From: Octopus vulgaris
Lineage: Eukaryota
Reading direction: 5' to 3'
Assembly: GCA_951406725.2 (NCBI GenBank)
Contig: OX597816.1
Coordinates: 141,236,001-141,300,000, forward strand
Length of the DNA stretch: 64,000 bases
How positions within the stretch are numbered: position 1 is the first letter of the stretch; each line of letters begins with the position of its first letter. Below are positions 13,593 to 26,733 of the stretch, one piece after another. The notes under the pieces are model-generated. The model searched no databases. It had not been told where the DNA came from and saw only the letters and a program-made list of their open reading frames with translations. A program made the translations under genes and the position numbers.

Positions 13593-14615
13593 CTATTTCT
13601 CTCTATATTTAGATAGAGAAAGTAATAACGAGTGAATGAGAATAACGATGGAAGGGTTAAAAAAGCTTAAAAATAATTGAAGATAAAATGAAACAAAATT
13701 GAAGCCAAAACATTAAAAATTATTGAAAGTGGGTAGAAATTAACACTACGTAGTGTAGTAGTACTATGCTAGGGTATCTGGAGAGAGTTGAATGTGATTT
13801 TGAAATATAACGAGGAAAAATTCAGATCTTGGGAATTTTCCAAAAGTCCTCTCCCCACCTCAAGATTTTCCCTACAAATTACTTTATAATCGTAATGTAT
13901 GCCATTTCAATGGTATTTATATAAAATTTCACCGAAAAAAAAACATTTTCCTAAAAGTTATGAGGGAAAAACTCAGATCTTGAGAATTTTCCGAGGTCCT
14001 CTCCCCACCCTCCTGTTAAATTCTTTTACACATATGCTTCAGCTGGCACAGATTCTGATTATATCAGAATTTGTTGTTAAAAAATTTTTCTGAGGATGGG
14101 AAGGAGTCTTTCTGAAAGTACACAAAAGTTGGCTTTGTTTCTTCATAACTTTCAGAAAAATGAGTAATTTTTTAATGAAATTTTCTACAAATACATTTCA
14201 AATAGTGTAGATTACGATTATATCAGAATTTAATTAGAAAAAAAAACAATTGACTCATACACATACATACACATTACATCATATTTTTTTTTTGAAATTT
14301 CAAGTTTCATTTTGTGATGTGTCAGTATGTGTGTGCAAGCCCACCAACTTTTTTTTTATATATATTTCCAATATAATCGTAATATATACCATCTGGTTGG
14401 GATTTACAGAAAATTTTATTTAAAAATATCCTTTTTTCGGTAGGTTATAAAGAAACAAAGCCAACTTGTGTGTATTTTCCAAAACTCCTCTCCCCATCCT
14501 CAGAAAAATCTTTTCACAACAAATTCTGATTTAATTGAAACCAACATCTGAAGCATGTTTGTAGAAAATTTCATTAAAAAATATCCATTTTTCTGGGAGT
14601 TAAGAGAAAACAAAG
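13060..14615. repeat. Array of a ~150-bp unit in alternating orientation (two inverted-repeat pairs)
   Basis: 13237-13453 is the reverse complement of 13808-14013. About 14055-14230 is the reverse complement of about 14370-14535. Shared unit gggtggggagagga...ttccctcataactttt...attacgattata. Confidence 0.8.
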
Positions 14616-15640
14616 ACAGAGGAGGGGGTACATTTATGTAGGAATGTCTATTTTTATTCCATAGTCTACAATGCTTGAAACATAGTAGTATAAGTCCCCT
14701 GGATATTACTGTATTGAGTCCTAGGACTTATAGGTGTCCTAAGTGACTTGAGATCACGTTGCCCCAAATGAGATGTCAGTCTGTCACAAGGTTAGTCATT
14801 TACAGCTAAGTGGACTGGAGCAACGTGAAATGAAGAGTAATTGCTCAAGAACACAAAGCATCGTCCGCACCCGGAATTGAAACCACTATCTTGAGATCAT
14901 GAGTGCGATACACCAACCACTAAGTCATGTGACTTGGCTTGAAAAATCCAAAACACTACAGTTTTTGGCAAGCTAGATAATTTCGACTCTATTCTATAGG
15001 AATGGAATGCTATTTCGATTCCCAGATCGGGCATTGTGAGTGTTTATTGAGCGAAAACACCTAAAGCTCCACAAGGCTCCGGCAGTGGGTGGTGATGAAC
15101 CCTACTGTACTCTTTCACCACAACTTTCACTTTTTCTTCCTGTTTCTGTTGTACCTGTATTTCAAAGGGCCAGCCTTGTCACACTCTGTGTCCCACTGAA
15201 TCTCCCCAAGAACTACATTAAAGGTACACGTGTCTGTGGAGTGCTCAGCCACTTGCACGTTAATTTCATGAGTAGGCTGTTCCATTGATTGGATCAACTG
15301 GAACCCTCATCATCGTAACCAACAGAGTGCTACAATTTTCTAATCACCTGCAGATGTTGTGTTGTTATTGTTTAAATTTTGTGTTTAAAACTTTAGACCT
15401 ATGTAAATACTGATAAACTATTTATTTCCAACATTGGTAAAATAGCACAAATATTCGAGATCACCTTGATTATAATCAGATATCTCTATGAAGTTATTTA
15501 TTGATATAGTCATTTAGCAATTATTCACTGAAATGTTTCTTTATTTATTCGTAATTAATGAATCTTTTATTGTCATTCTATACTGATAATAAATTTTGTG
15601 AGTAATTTATTAAAAAATGATGATTAGAAAAAAATGGTTG

Positions 15641-17617
15641 TGTAAATGACTGTGTGAAGTGATGTGATGGGAATGGCTCTTTTAGTACATCACATGGTCG
15701 ATACAATAAATATGAAGAGAATAAATGCGTGTAAGTGCCAGAAGGAAAAGAGAGACACAACCAGGTAGTGGCTATGATGCTGCTGCTGCCAGTCACTTGG
15801 TACAGGAGTTCTTGCAGGCTGTATTGGCTGCTAACCATGGATAAGTAATTCACAAACAGTGTTGTGACAGACCCTGTGTGAGTGTTGCACGTTGCTGTGT
15901 ATGTAGAAAGATGATGTTGACAACGTTAAGATGATGGAGGTGACAAAGAAAGAGATTGCCATATGCTGTTGGGCAAGTGTTGATGAGCCTCCATGTGGCT
16001 GCTATTGTGATATCGCTGGAACTGGCTGTGTTTTGTGTGGTCAGTGGCTAAACCTTAAAAGGTCTGGAACCAAAAGACTTCGAGATGGTGTGAAGCTAGA
16101 GTTTTATAGTGAGCAGCCGGCTCAAACTGAGGTTTAGAAGAAACTGTCTCATGTGACCTTATTTGAAGGGTGTGATTGGTTGGGTTGCATATTGACGCAC
16201 AATAGAGCAAGAGACAATTGTGCCAATACCAACCAATCAGAGTAGTGGACACAACAGGGTCCAAAATGGTGGGTGAAGGCTAGCTGTTATCTACTACATC
16301 CGTATTTATGTATATATAACAGAAAGAGAGGAATTTCCCTCAAGTGTATGCTACAGATAGCCTCCCACCCGTCATTTTGTGGGTGGCAAAATAGATGATA
16401 AAAAGAAGACATTTCTGTAGTGAAGAGAGGTGAAATTAGAAAGAATGGTTGGTCTTTAAGGCAAAATGAATCTGGCATTGAACTATCAGAAAGGTATGAG
16501 TGTTCTAAGGTGGGGTCACCAATTTGTAAAACAACTGTGTGAATGTCGGGCGACTCCAATTTGTAAAACAACTGCACGTCGGGGTCACCAATTTGTAAAA
16601 TGACCATGTGAATGTCAGGGTCACCAATCTGTAAATGACCGTGCAAAGAGAGGTGACGAGAATGGCTCCTTAGTACATCACATGGTTGATACAATAAATA
16701 TGAAAAGAATAAATGCATATAAGTGCCAGAAGGAAAAGAGAGACACAGCCAGGTAAAATGTTTAAGAGAAGATTTTTATTGATAGTTAACATGTGTATCT
16801 GTGGTGTGTCATGTATACATAATAATAGACACGCCGTTATGAAAACAAAGTGTGTGCATGTGTTAAGTACAGAGCCTGAAAGAGTCTATAACATGAAGTT
16901 AGAAGAATGTTCAGACACAAGGATGATAAATACCAGTTTGTAGTCAATGTACATGATAGTTGAAATGCTGTATCAAGAAGTTGTGGCTGTAATGCAGAGC
17001 CAGTTGAGGTACATGTCTTACAAGAAGTTGTAGCTACGATGCTGCTGCCAGTCACTTGGTACAGGAGTTCTCACAGGTTGTATTTGCAGCTAACCATGGT
17101 GAAGTAATTCACAAACAGTGTTGTGGTAGAACCTGTGCGAGTGTTGCTTGTTGCTGTGTATGTAGAGAGATGATGTTGACGACGTTAAGAAGATGATGGT
17201 GGTGACAAAGAAAGAGATTGCCATATGCTGTTGGACGAGTGTTGATGAGTCTCCATGTGGCTACTGTTGTGTTGTCACTGGAACTGGCTGTGTCCTATGT
17301 GGTCAGTGGCTAGACCTTAAAAGGTCTGGAACCGAAAGCCTTTGAGATGGTGTGAAGCTAGAGTTTTATAGTGAGCAGCCGGTTCAAACTGAGGTTTAGA
17401 AGAGACTGTCTCATGTGACCTTATTTGAAGGCTGTGATTGGTTAGGTTGCATATTGGCACGCAATAGAGCAAGAGACAATTGTGCCAATACCAACCAATC
17501 AGAGTAGTGGACACAACAGGGTCCAAAAGGGTGGGTGAAAGCTAGTGGTTATCTACTACATCTGTATTTATGTATATATAACAGAGAGAGAGGAATTTCC
17601 CTCACGTGTATGCTACA
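15641..17617 (-). mobile_element. Complete non-autonomous LTR retroelement (TRIM/LARD-like, Gypsy-type signals)
   Basis: Direct repeats 15641-16355 and 16630-17617, both TGTAA...CTACA. 4-bp TSD GTTG (15637-15640 / 17618-17621). On the minus strand a PBS TGGTGACCC follows the right LTR, and a PPT-like GGGTGGGAGG precedes the left LTR. No gag/pol. Confidence 0.88.
16511..16629 (-). repeat. Four tandem ~32-37 bp units of LTR-end + tRNA-Trp primer-binding site
   Basis: Plus-strand units end at 16521, 16558, 16590 and 16626. Best copy CACGTCGGGGTCACCA (16575-16590) equals the 3' end of eukaryotic tRNA-Trp including CCA. Confidence 0.85.
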
Positions 17618-19249
17618 GTTGTATATAACTACTTTCTTTTACATGCAAGGTTCAAATTCCGCCAGGGAAATTAATTTTTGATTTTCACCCTTTTGGGATT
17701 GATAAAATAATTGCCAGTTAAAATGTTAAGGCCTATGCAATAGAATTATAACAGATGAAGACTACAATCTTCCTTTCAAAACATGTGTGACCATCATTTG
17801 TTTAAACACATTAAGCTGAGAAATGTGTTGCTTTATTGGCATTACTGAACAAACCACACCGGCCACTTCAATTTATTTAGCTGCATGTGAACACCTTTAA
17901 GCTGTATGTAAAAGCAGTTTTAAACTATGAAATAAGCACTAAAAATATTGAATATAGATTTTATTTCATGTTTCCACGGTTGCTAAAGTAGCATCGAACT
18001 GTAAATGAGACTAAATGTCTGATATGTGTTGTTAATAACATTGTAATTTTTCTAACTATTAACTCATCATCTTTAGAGATAATAAATTTTCAATATTTAC
18101 AGTAAATTTCAATCAGTTTGAGCTCAGATCCTCATTAGGTGCTTTATTCTTGTATGTGTACATAATACAAGCTTCCATTCAAACTTTGAATAGTTATTTA
18201 TCAATTAAAAAACAAATGTTATTTGAAAAAAGAAAAAAAAATATTCTTAATTAATTGTAATTACCCCTTAATTTGAGAAAGAAAACTAAAACCTAATGGT
18301 TAGTAACTCTTTAAGATAAGGGATAATTTCCAGAAATAAAGAATTAATCTCTCAGAGTTTCTTTATGTGCCTAAGGGACGAGCCCTAAGCATTTAAATAA
18401 ACTTTTTTATTTGTTTTTATTTTGTTTAATATACTTTATGTGAAACAGAGATTAAAACATATCAGAATTACTAAAATAAAGAAATATCTACATGCTTTAG
18501 ATTATCCTCTGTAATCTGTTGTCAATAGACTTTCTAGTGTCTATTTGATGTCTTCATCATTTAATATCTAGAAATGTTGAAGAAGGTGACACTTTTTTTG
18601 CTTCACTGAAAATCAGACAACACTCGATAAATATACTTTTTATTAAAATTAAGCATCACGTAGCAATCAAAGAAAATGTATTCTGGTTCCATTTCCATGT
18701 AAGAGAAAGTGTGTGCAGTTAAAATTAGCTATTAGTGCTTAATTTTAATTTGCATATGTGAAAAATCAGAGATAAAAATATCCTAACATTTTGTGATAAA
18801 CAGGTTGGAAATCACTGATTAAAAAATACCAGGATTATTAAAGCTAAGCTATGTCAACAACTGCTGCTTGTTTCAGTTGATGTAAACTCATATTGATAAA
18901 CATCAAAAGACCTCTTCTTTTGTTAAAATGACACCAGCTTTTGGGTGACTGATGAATTTTTAGTACTAAAAGAAAATATTGTATGTAAAAGGTACTAACA
19001 ATCTCAATTAATTTATTTAAGCCAGAACTTCTGTATGGTCACTCAACTTGCTAGAAATAGCAATCAAATTTCTCTCATGTCACTCCTGACCATCTTGAAA
19101 AAGGAAATATTAGACACTGATTCCTGGTATATCTGATTAAAAAGTTGAACAACTTTGTGTGTGTATTTGCGTGCACATGCTAGTAAACCATATGTCTATG
19201 TTCTTTCCTGTGTGCTGAAATCTGGTCTATGAGATTGTGTAGCTGTATG

Positions 19250-20100
19250 ACAGTTCAAAGTTGTTTATATGGAGGAACTTCACATTAAGGCGTGGAATAT
19301 ACAATTTCCTGCAATTCAAACTACTTTATGGTCCCAGCAGACAAAATGGAAAAGGTGTTGCCCTGGAGGATGGTGAGGGAGATGTGTTGGAACAGCCACC
19401 CTGACACATGGGGCTTGCACATGTGGATAGCCAGCTCTACCCTGATAATGGTGAGCAGGGATATGGTCTGGAGGCAAAGAACACCAGAGATTTTCACTAT
19501 CACAGGCTTGACCAGAAACCTGTCAGAAAGTGACTGAATCCTTGACAGTTTGCTTTTTTCAGTCCGATGAGCAGCAGAGCTTGGGCTGGTAGCTGAATAC
19601 ATCAAGTTGCCACTAGAGATGTTACAACATGTGGCATCCCAAATGAGGGTCCCTACTGCCATGGAACAGAAAAACTGTCATACTGTCTGGCCTTTTACTG
19701 TCCCCTCAGTCTATTTCCCTTCCCCTTGAGCTGGGAAAGGAAGCCTGTGGTGTTTAGGCTATGCTTTACAATTTTAAGGGTGGTGTGACATTGAAAGTGG
19801 CCAGCACTATGATGGCATGACAGTGAGTGGAGGCCAAAAGAATCCACAATGGATTCATAATGGCATTCATGAGACTCACAGATATGGAGGCCAAGCCTTG
19901 GAAACATCGATGCACAGACAGTCACTATCATGCCAAGAGCCAGGCGCAAGTAATGGCACTGTACTGAGTCACACTCCACTGTAAGGCTTGGAGGTTGAGC
20001 AGAAACATATTAGACTGTTGGTCAAGTCTGTGCACTAAATTGTCCATGCTAAAATTACTGTGTTGCTCAGAAGATCATTTCACAAAATCTCAGTGTTTCA
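19250..20100 (-). mobile_element. Degraded CRE/R2-type non-LTR retrotransposon C-terminus (zinc knuckle + restriction-like endonuclease)
   Basis: ORFs read C-C...VDSFGLHSLSC..SAGHF.CH..LK-IVKHSL and LIWDATC...AA...EKSK...KPVIVKISGVLC, typical of RLE-bearing elements. Confidence 0.75.
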
Positions 20101-20189
20101 GGTTTGGTCCTACTGTGTATTACTGTGGAACCAAACCTAACTGGAACTTTGTGAGTAAAATTTGGTGGATGGAAACTTTTTGCAAGTTG

Positions 20190-22050
20190 TCGTCATCATC
20201 ATCATCATCATCATCGTTTAATGTCCACTTTCTATGCTAGCATGGGTTGGACGATTTGACTTAGGTCTGGCGAACCAGACTCGAATCTGATCTGGCAGAG
20301 TTTATACACCTGGATGCCCTTCATAATGCCAACCACTCCGAGAGTGTAGTGGGTGCTTTTACATGCCACTGGCACAAGGGCCAGTCAGGCGGTACTGGCA
20401 ATAACCATGCTCAAATGGTACTTTTTATGTGCTACCTGCACAGGAGCCAGTCCAGCGGCACTGGCAATGACCTTGCTCAAATGTTTTTCACGTACCACCA
20501 GCACAAGTGCTAGTAAGGCGACGCAGGTAATGATCATGCTCAAGTGGTGTTTTTAACATGCCATTAGCTCAGAAGACAGCTTGTTGCTCTGGCCCCAATC
20601 TCACTCGTATGGTACTCTTAGCGCTCCACTAGCACGGATGCCAGTCATCGAATTTGATTTCGATTTCACTTGCCTCAACAAGTCTTCGCAAGCAGAGTTT
20701 AGTGTCCAATGAAGGAAAGGCATGCATAAGTGGACTGGTTATACCCCTGGCATAGGCCACATGGTTATGGTCTCACTTGCGCTTGCCGAGTCTTCTCAAG
20801 CACAGCATATTTCCAGAGGTCCTGGTCACTAGTCATTGCCTCGGTGAGGCCCAGTGTTTGAAGGTCATGCTTCACTACCTCATCCCAGGTCTTCCTGGGT
20901 CTACCTCTTCCACAAGTTCCCTCAACTGCTAGGGTATGGCACTTTTTCACACAGCTATCCACATCCATTCTCACCACATGACCATACCAGTGCAGTCGTC
21001 TCTCTTGCACACCACATCTGATGCTTCTTAGGTCCAACTTTTCTCTCAAGGCACTAACACTCTGTCAAGTATGCACACTGACATTACACATCCATCGGAG
21101 CATGCTGGCTTCATTCCTTGTGAGCTTACGCATGTCCTCAGCAGTCACGAGCCATGTTTCACTGCCATGTAGCATGGCTGTTCGTACACGTGTTATACAG
21201 TCTACCTTTTATTCTGAGGAGAGGCTCTTTGTCACCAGCAGAGGTAAGAGCTCTCTGAACTTAACCCAGGCTATTCTTATTCTAGCAGCTACACTTTCAG
21301 TGCACCCTCCCCTACTACTGACTTGGTCACCTAGGTAACGGAAGCTATAAACTACTTCTAGATTTTCTCCCTGGAATGTGGTGGAAGTTGTTCTCTGCAC
21401 ATTTTCAGTGTTATTTATTGCTCCCGAGCATCTGCCACATACAAAAACTATCCTCCTAGTAAGCCTTCCTTTGATATTGCTGCACCTCTTATGTGTCCAT
21501 AACTTACACTGGGTACATCTTATAGGGTTTCTACCTATGCCTTTTCTACAGATCCAGCAGAGCCCTCTACCTGAAGGGATTTGTGGTTTGCCTGCCTTCC
21601 TACTTATTAGGACTTTGGTTTTAGCTAGGTTGACTCTAAGGCCCTTCGATTCTAATCCTTGTTTCCATACTTGAAACTTCTCCTCTAGTTCTTATAATGA
21701 CTCAGCAATTAGAGCAAGGTCATCAGCATAGAGGAGCTCCCAGGTGCATCCTGTCTTGAATTCCTCCGTTATTGCCTGGAGGACTATGATAAACAGGAGG
21801 GGTCTGAGGACTGAACCTTGGTGGATCCCTACCTCTACCTTGAATTCTTCGCTGTACTCGTTGCCAACCCTCACCTTACTGACAGCGTCCCTGTACATGG
21901 CTTGCACGGCTCTCACTAACCATTCGTCTATCCCTAGTTTCCTCATTGACCACCAGATAAGGGATCTGGGGACCCTGTCAAAGGTTTTCTCTATGTCAAC
22001 AAAAGCCAGGTACAGGGGCTTATCTTTGGCTAGGTATTTCTCCTGCATAC
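20190..22050 (-). mobile_element. RTE-clade LINE, 5'-truncated, RT region with broken frame
   Basis: LAFVDIEKTFDRVP, GIHQGSVL, LLYADD, FRYLGD, RRLHWYGHV..GRGRPRKTW motifs, 3' UTR and (CAT)n tail. Confidence 0.95.
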
Positions 22051-22462
22051 CTAGCCAAAGTATATATCCTTATATGCCAAGGTTAACCATGCCATTCTTC
22101 TTTTAGTCATTGATAAAATAATTACTAAACAAAGTTCTGTGGGGTCAATATAACTGACTCAAATCTTTGAAGGTGACACTCAGTTGTAAAAAAGTGAAAG
22201 TAAATTGGTCTAAAAAGTGAAAGATTGTGATAGAAACTGGAAGTAATGACAGTGACATCACAAAATTTTACAAAAAGAACATAAAGAACTTCATAATACC
22301 ACATTCACAGTATGTATAATACCTTCTAGTGATATGTTAAGTATTTCAGAAGTAGCAGTTGATGTAAACCATTCCAATGTACTATATTCTAAAACAAACA
22401 CTACTGAGAAATGTGATTGTTTCATCTTATATCAAATATATGTATGTTCTATTCATTGACTA

Positions 22463-22979
22463 CCATGAATCCTCGAGTATAGTCCGCCCTTGAGTATAAT
22501 ACGCAGGGATTTTTAGGGGGCTGTACCACTGAAAAACCTAAACCTTGTGTATAATACGCACTCCTTCTCTAACTTGAGTCGTGTGTAATTAAGCTAGCAG
22601 CACCTAGTCGAACAAACACTTCCGCGCATGCATAATACAATAATGGTGATGTTCTTACCTGTTATATGGGAATGTAAATATGTTTGCAAATTGTTTTTGT
22701 TACATGTTATTGTGTTCTGAATACTTTTATTTTAATAAATGTTGCTTACTGCAAGTTATGGATGATTCTTTTATGATTTCATTGCTTTCAGGCTTAGCTT
22801 GAGGTATTTTTGCGCCCGACATCACAAAATGTCTGAATAAACATTGCTGGACAGCAAATAGAGATTTGGACATTGCTTAGAAAATATTTTTCATTTTTAA
22901 CCTCATATATAGTATGCACTAGGGATTTTGACTTTTAAATTTTGGGGAAAAAATGCGGATTATACATGAGGGTTTATGG
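22463..22979. mobile_element. Pogo/Tigger-like MITE
   Basis: TA|CCATGAATCCTCGAGTATAGTCCGC ... GCGGATTATACATGAGGGTTTATGG|TA: imperfect TIRs with a TA TSD. Confidence 0.8.
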
Positions 22980-25900
22980 TATGTTGTATATATACAAATG
23001 GATATTACTGTCTTCACTTCTGATTTTGATTAGGACAATCTACTTCTACTTTTTTGCATCCATAACCTGCATGCTAACCGGTACTCAGCACAGCTCCAGT
23101 TTTTAAAAACCGAAATTGGTTGAAATAGGCGAAGGCATAGCTGTGTGTTTAAGAAGTTCACTTTGCAGACACATGATTTCAAGTTCAGACCCATGGCGTG
23201 GCATGTTGGGCCAATGTCTTCTACTACAGTCCTAGTCCAACCAATGAATTTGGTAGATGGAAACTGCGTGGAAGCTTGATGTGTGTGTGTGTGGGTTTGT
23301 CCACCCACCAACCATCTGACAACTGCTGTTGGTTTGTTTACATCTCTGTAATTTTGCAGTTTGGCAAAAGAGGCCAATAGAATAAGTACCAAACTTATCA
23401 AGGTTGATTTGTTTGACTAAACTGTTCAAACCAGTGCCCCAGCATGGCTACAGTCCCATGACTAAAAGGTAATAGGTATATATATATATATATATACAAA
23501 ATATATGAATCAACAATATGTTTGCTTGTGTAAAGCTGGCCTGAGATTAAACATGTAAATGTAATCCAAAGTTTACATAAATTTGAAAAAAACCTATTAA
23601 TTCTGACAGAATTATAAGTACTGTTTAATTCTCTTCTTTTAAAGAATTTTTATCAATTATTAGCGAAAACATTTAATCTATAAAACTGCATATGTCCTTC
23701 AAAACTTCCATGCTTTATATGGTTGGTATAAACAAAAAAGAAAACACTTCATGCTGAGAAGTTTAGTGGAGTGAAATATTGACGACTTAAAATAATAATG
23801 AGAGAGATTGGTTTGATTCCTCATTCCAGAATGTCAAAAATAACCTCATATAGCCTAATTCCATAGGGAAGTAAATACAATTGAATTTGACTCAGTTTAT
23901 TTATTTATTTATTGCCCACAGGGGACTAAACATAGAGGGTACAAACAAGGACAGACAAAGAGATTAAGTCGATTACATCGATCCCAATGTGTAACGGATA
24001 CTTATTTAATTGAACCCAAAAGGATGAAAGGCAAAGTCAACCTTGGTGGAATTTGAACTCAGAACGTAACGGCAGATGAAATACTGCTAAGCATTTCACC
24101 TGGCGTGCTAACATTTCTGCCAGCTATCTGACTCAGTTTATTATTTTCATAATAGGCACCTACATAGCCATGTAGCTGAGAAGCTTGGTTCACAGTTATG
24201 TGGTTCTAAGTTCAATTGCAACACATGCTACTTTGAGCCAGTGTCGTCTATCATAGCCCACTGTTTCAGGTTAACAAATGCCTTGCGAGCAGAATTAAGT
24301 AGAAAGGACCTTTGTAGGAAGCTGTTTTATATATTTGTGTGTGTATATATATTTCCATAGTGTATAAATTTCCCACCTGGACAGGACACCGGTCTGTCAC
24401 AGGATTACTTATTTTTGCCAGCTGAGTGGAGCAATCTTGTGATCATGAGTCCAACATCTTAACCATAGACTAGAACCCTTGAGGTCAATGCCCCAGTATT
24501 GTCAGTGTGAAATCAGTAAAATGAAACCCACAGTATTTTAATGATCTAATGATGTCAGAATAGTAATGGGGTTCCAGATAGATAAGTTTTAAGTTAAGTT
24601 ACATTAAATTTTTCAGTTTTTTTAAATATGTTCATCAGAAAAGGATAGTATTGTGACCTTTGCTGTCTCTTCTTGACTGGAGATACTGATACAACTAATG
24701 TGAGCCTGAATATTTGCAGCAAAAAATGTAAATAGGAAAGGAACTTCAAGATATATAAGGTTTTTTAATGGCTCAATTTTATAAATATATCTATTTTAGT
24801 ATCATCAGCACAGAGCATTTTGACTGTCTTCATGTTCTGAGTTCAAATTCCATCAAGATCGACTTCACCTTTCATCCTATTGGGATCGATAAACTAAGGG
24901 GTCAGTGAAATTAACTCTCCCCCTCCCCAATTTCAGGCCTTGTACCTATAGGATTATAATATATATTATTTATATCATATTATGCTAATTATTTTAGTAC
25001 AAGGATATATTAAAAGATAAAAAATATTTCTGAAATTTCTCTTCGTAAATTTAAGCAGGTCAATGAGAGCAAAAAGTAGGTCTGGTTGGCCTAATATTGT
25101 ACCTCTCCCCCACTAAAGATGAAATAATTGTTATGATTGAGTGATGAAACTAATTAACAAAAGGGCAAACTATTTTCACTGATACTCTATCACTGATTAC
25201 AAGAGGTCAAAAACTCCTAACAATCACAAGACTCTGGTTTTTAATAAAAGTGAATGACTTAATTAATGTTTCACTTATCTCCTCATGTTAGTTACAGAGT
25301 AACTGACAAGTTGTTTTTGTGTCTTCCACAAATAGACAAAACTATTTAAATTTGCCATTGTTCAGACACGGTAAATGTTACCTTTATAATGTGATAGTTT
25401 AGTAGAGAAACTATTTCAGGAGTAGCACCTGCTAAGACACTGTGACTACCCTTGTGTGGAACCAAAGTGTAGATGGGTCATAGAATCATGCTTTTGCTTA
25501 CAAAGAGAAGTTTATAGAAATCAGAAAATACCAGAATGATAGATCTGATACAAAAATGCAGTAGATAGAAATTGGTGGGTTTAAAGTAGAAATATTTCTA
25601 TCAGATAAAAAGATATTTTATAGAAATTATAACCGGAGGTTTGAGCATACTGTTCATGAATGAAAGAATAGCCTATATTTCATGATAGCAAAGGAAAAAC
25701 ATGTAATTTACATGTTTTTATGATTAAGGACAGCTAAGTCTTTTAGATCATTCAATATTTTTGTGAAACTGGATAGTGGCAGAACTTCTGAAATGATTTT
25801 TACTTTTTTTTAATTAAATTTTTAATTATCTTTTGCATTTTTTGTGTAGTTAAAAAAAAAAAACAGTTATCAATATATTAGTAGTAGTACTACTTTAAAA

Positions 25901-26504
25901 AAAATTCTTTTTACTTTCTCAAAGTCTTAGAAAGGGAAATGGATGCTCTGGTTTAGAAATTCTTCAGACCAATGCAAAGGAAACCAGTATAAAAGCAAAT
26001 TTAGATTATTTCAAAAGCCTCTATTTTTCACATTTAGAACTTACTTTTCTCATTGTGGAAACTGAGACCATTTTTATAGGATATACATTGAAGTGAACTC
26101 ATAGAATGGTAGGTTTTTGGAAGGTAACACAAGTATTAGCAGGAAAAACAGATTTCTATTAAAAATAGGTTTTTATGATGAAGTTATAAACACAAAGAGA
26201 AAACAACAAAATAAAACAATCTAATCTCACAAAAGAAATTTGGAAGCTCAACAATCTTATTTAAGAGATAGTACAAACTAGATCAGCAACTGGAATATTC
26301 AAATCATATTTATTGGTAGTCAGTTAAGTTTGATGTAGCCAAGGGTTCATCATTTCTTGCTTAAAAAATTAACCTTTAGAATTATGTTAAAAACCAGGCA
26401 GTGTTGTGAGTTCGGTACTGTTCATGAGGTATAACCTGCAATATTTGGTGAAGATCAGTTGAGAAAACCAGAGGTTACTACAAGTGTAAAGTTTCCTGTT
26501 CTCT

Positions 26505-26547
<43 letters not shown>

Positions 26548-26609
26548 TATCTACAGGTATGCTGATGCAAACAGGAAAAACAGAACTCAAAATATGAGTA
26601 TATGTATAT

Positions 26610-26720
26610 GTTTATTAATATTTAGCAGAAGCAACAGAGTGACTCAAGGGCCAAGATAAGTGCCAATGCACAAACCTCTCAGCCCTTGTGTCACTGTTAT
26701 TTCTGCTAAATGCTAATAAA
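26610..26720. repeat. Imperfect hairpin (Penelope-like/MITE remnant)
   Basis: tttattaatatttagcagaa..gtgactcaagggc pairs with gcccttgtgtcac..ttctgctaaatgctaataaa. Confidence 0.65.
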
Positions 26721-26733
26721 ATCTATCTATATA

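Noticed and set aside
16511-16629. CRISPR-like short repeat array or tRNA-Trp gene
   Set aside because: The units have no unique spacers, there are no cas genes and the context is eukaryotic. Only the 3' ~16 nt of tRNA including CCA is present, positioned as an LTR primer-binding site.
16287-16718. 143-aa ORF with LQIGDPD repeats
   Set aside because: The peptide repeat is simply the translation of the tandem PBS units; it has no gag/pol motifs.
20765-22048. Functional reverse transcriptase gene
   Set aside because: Split over several frames with stops and 5'-truncated; a dead RTE copy.
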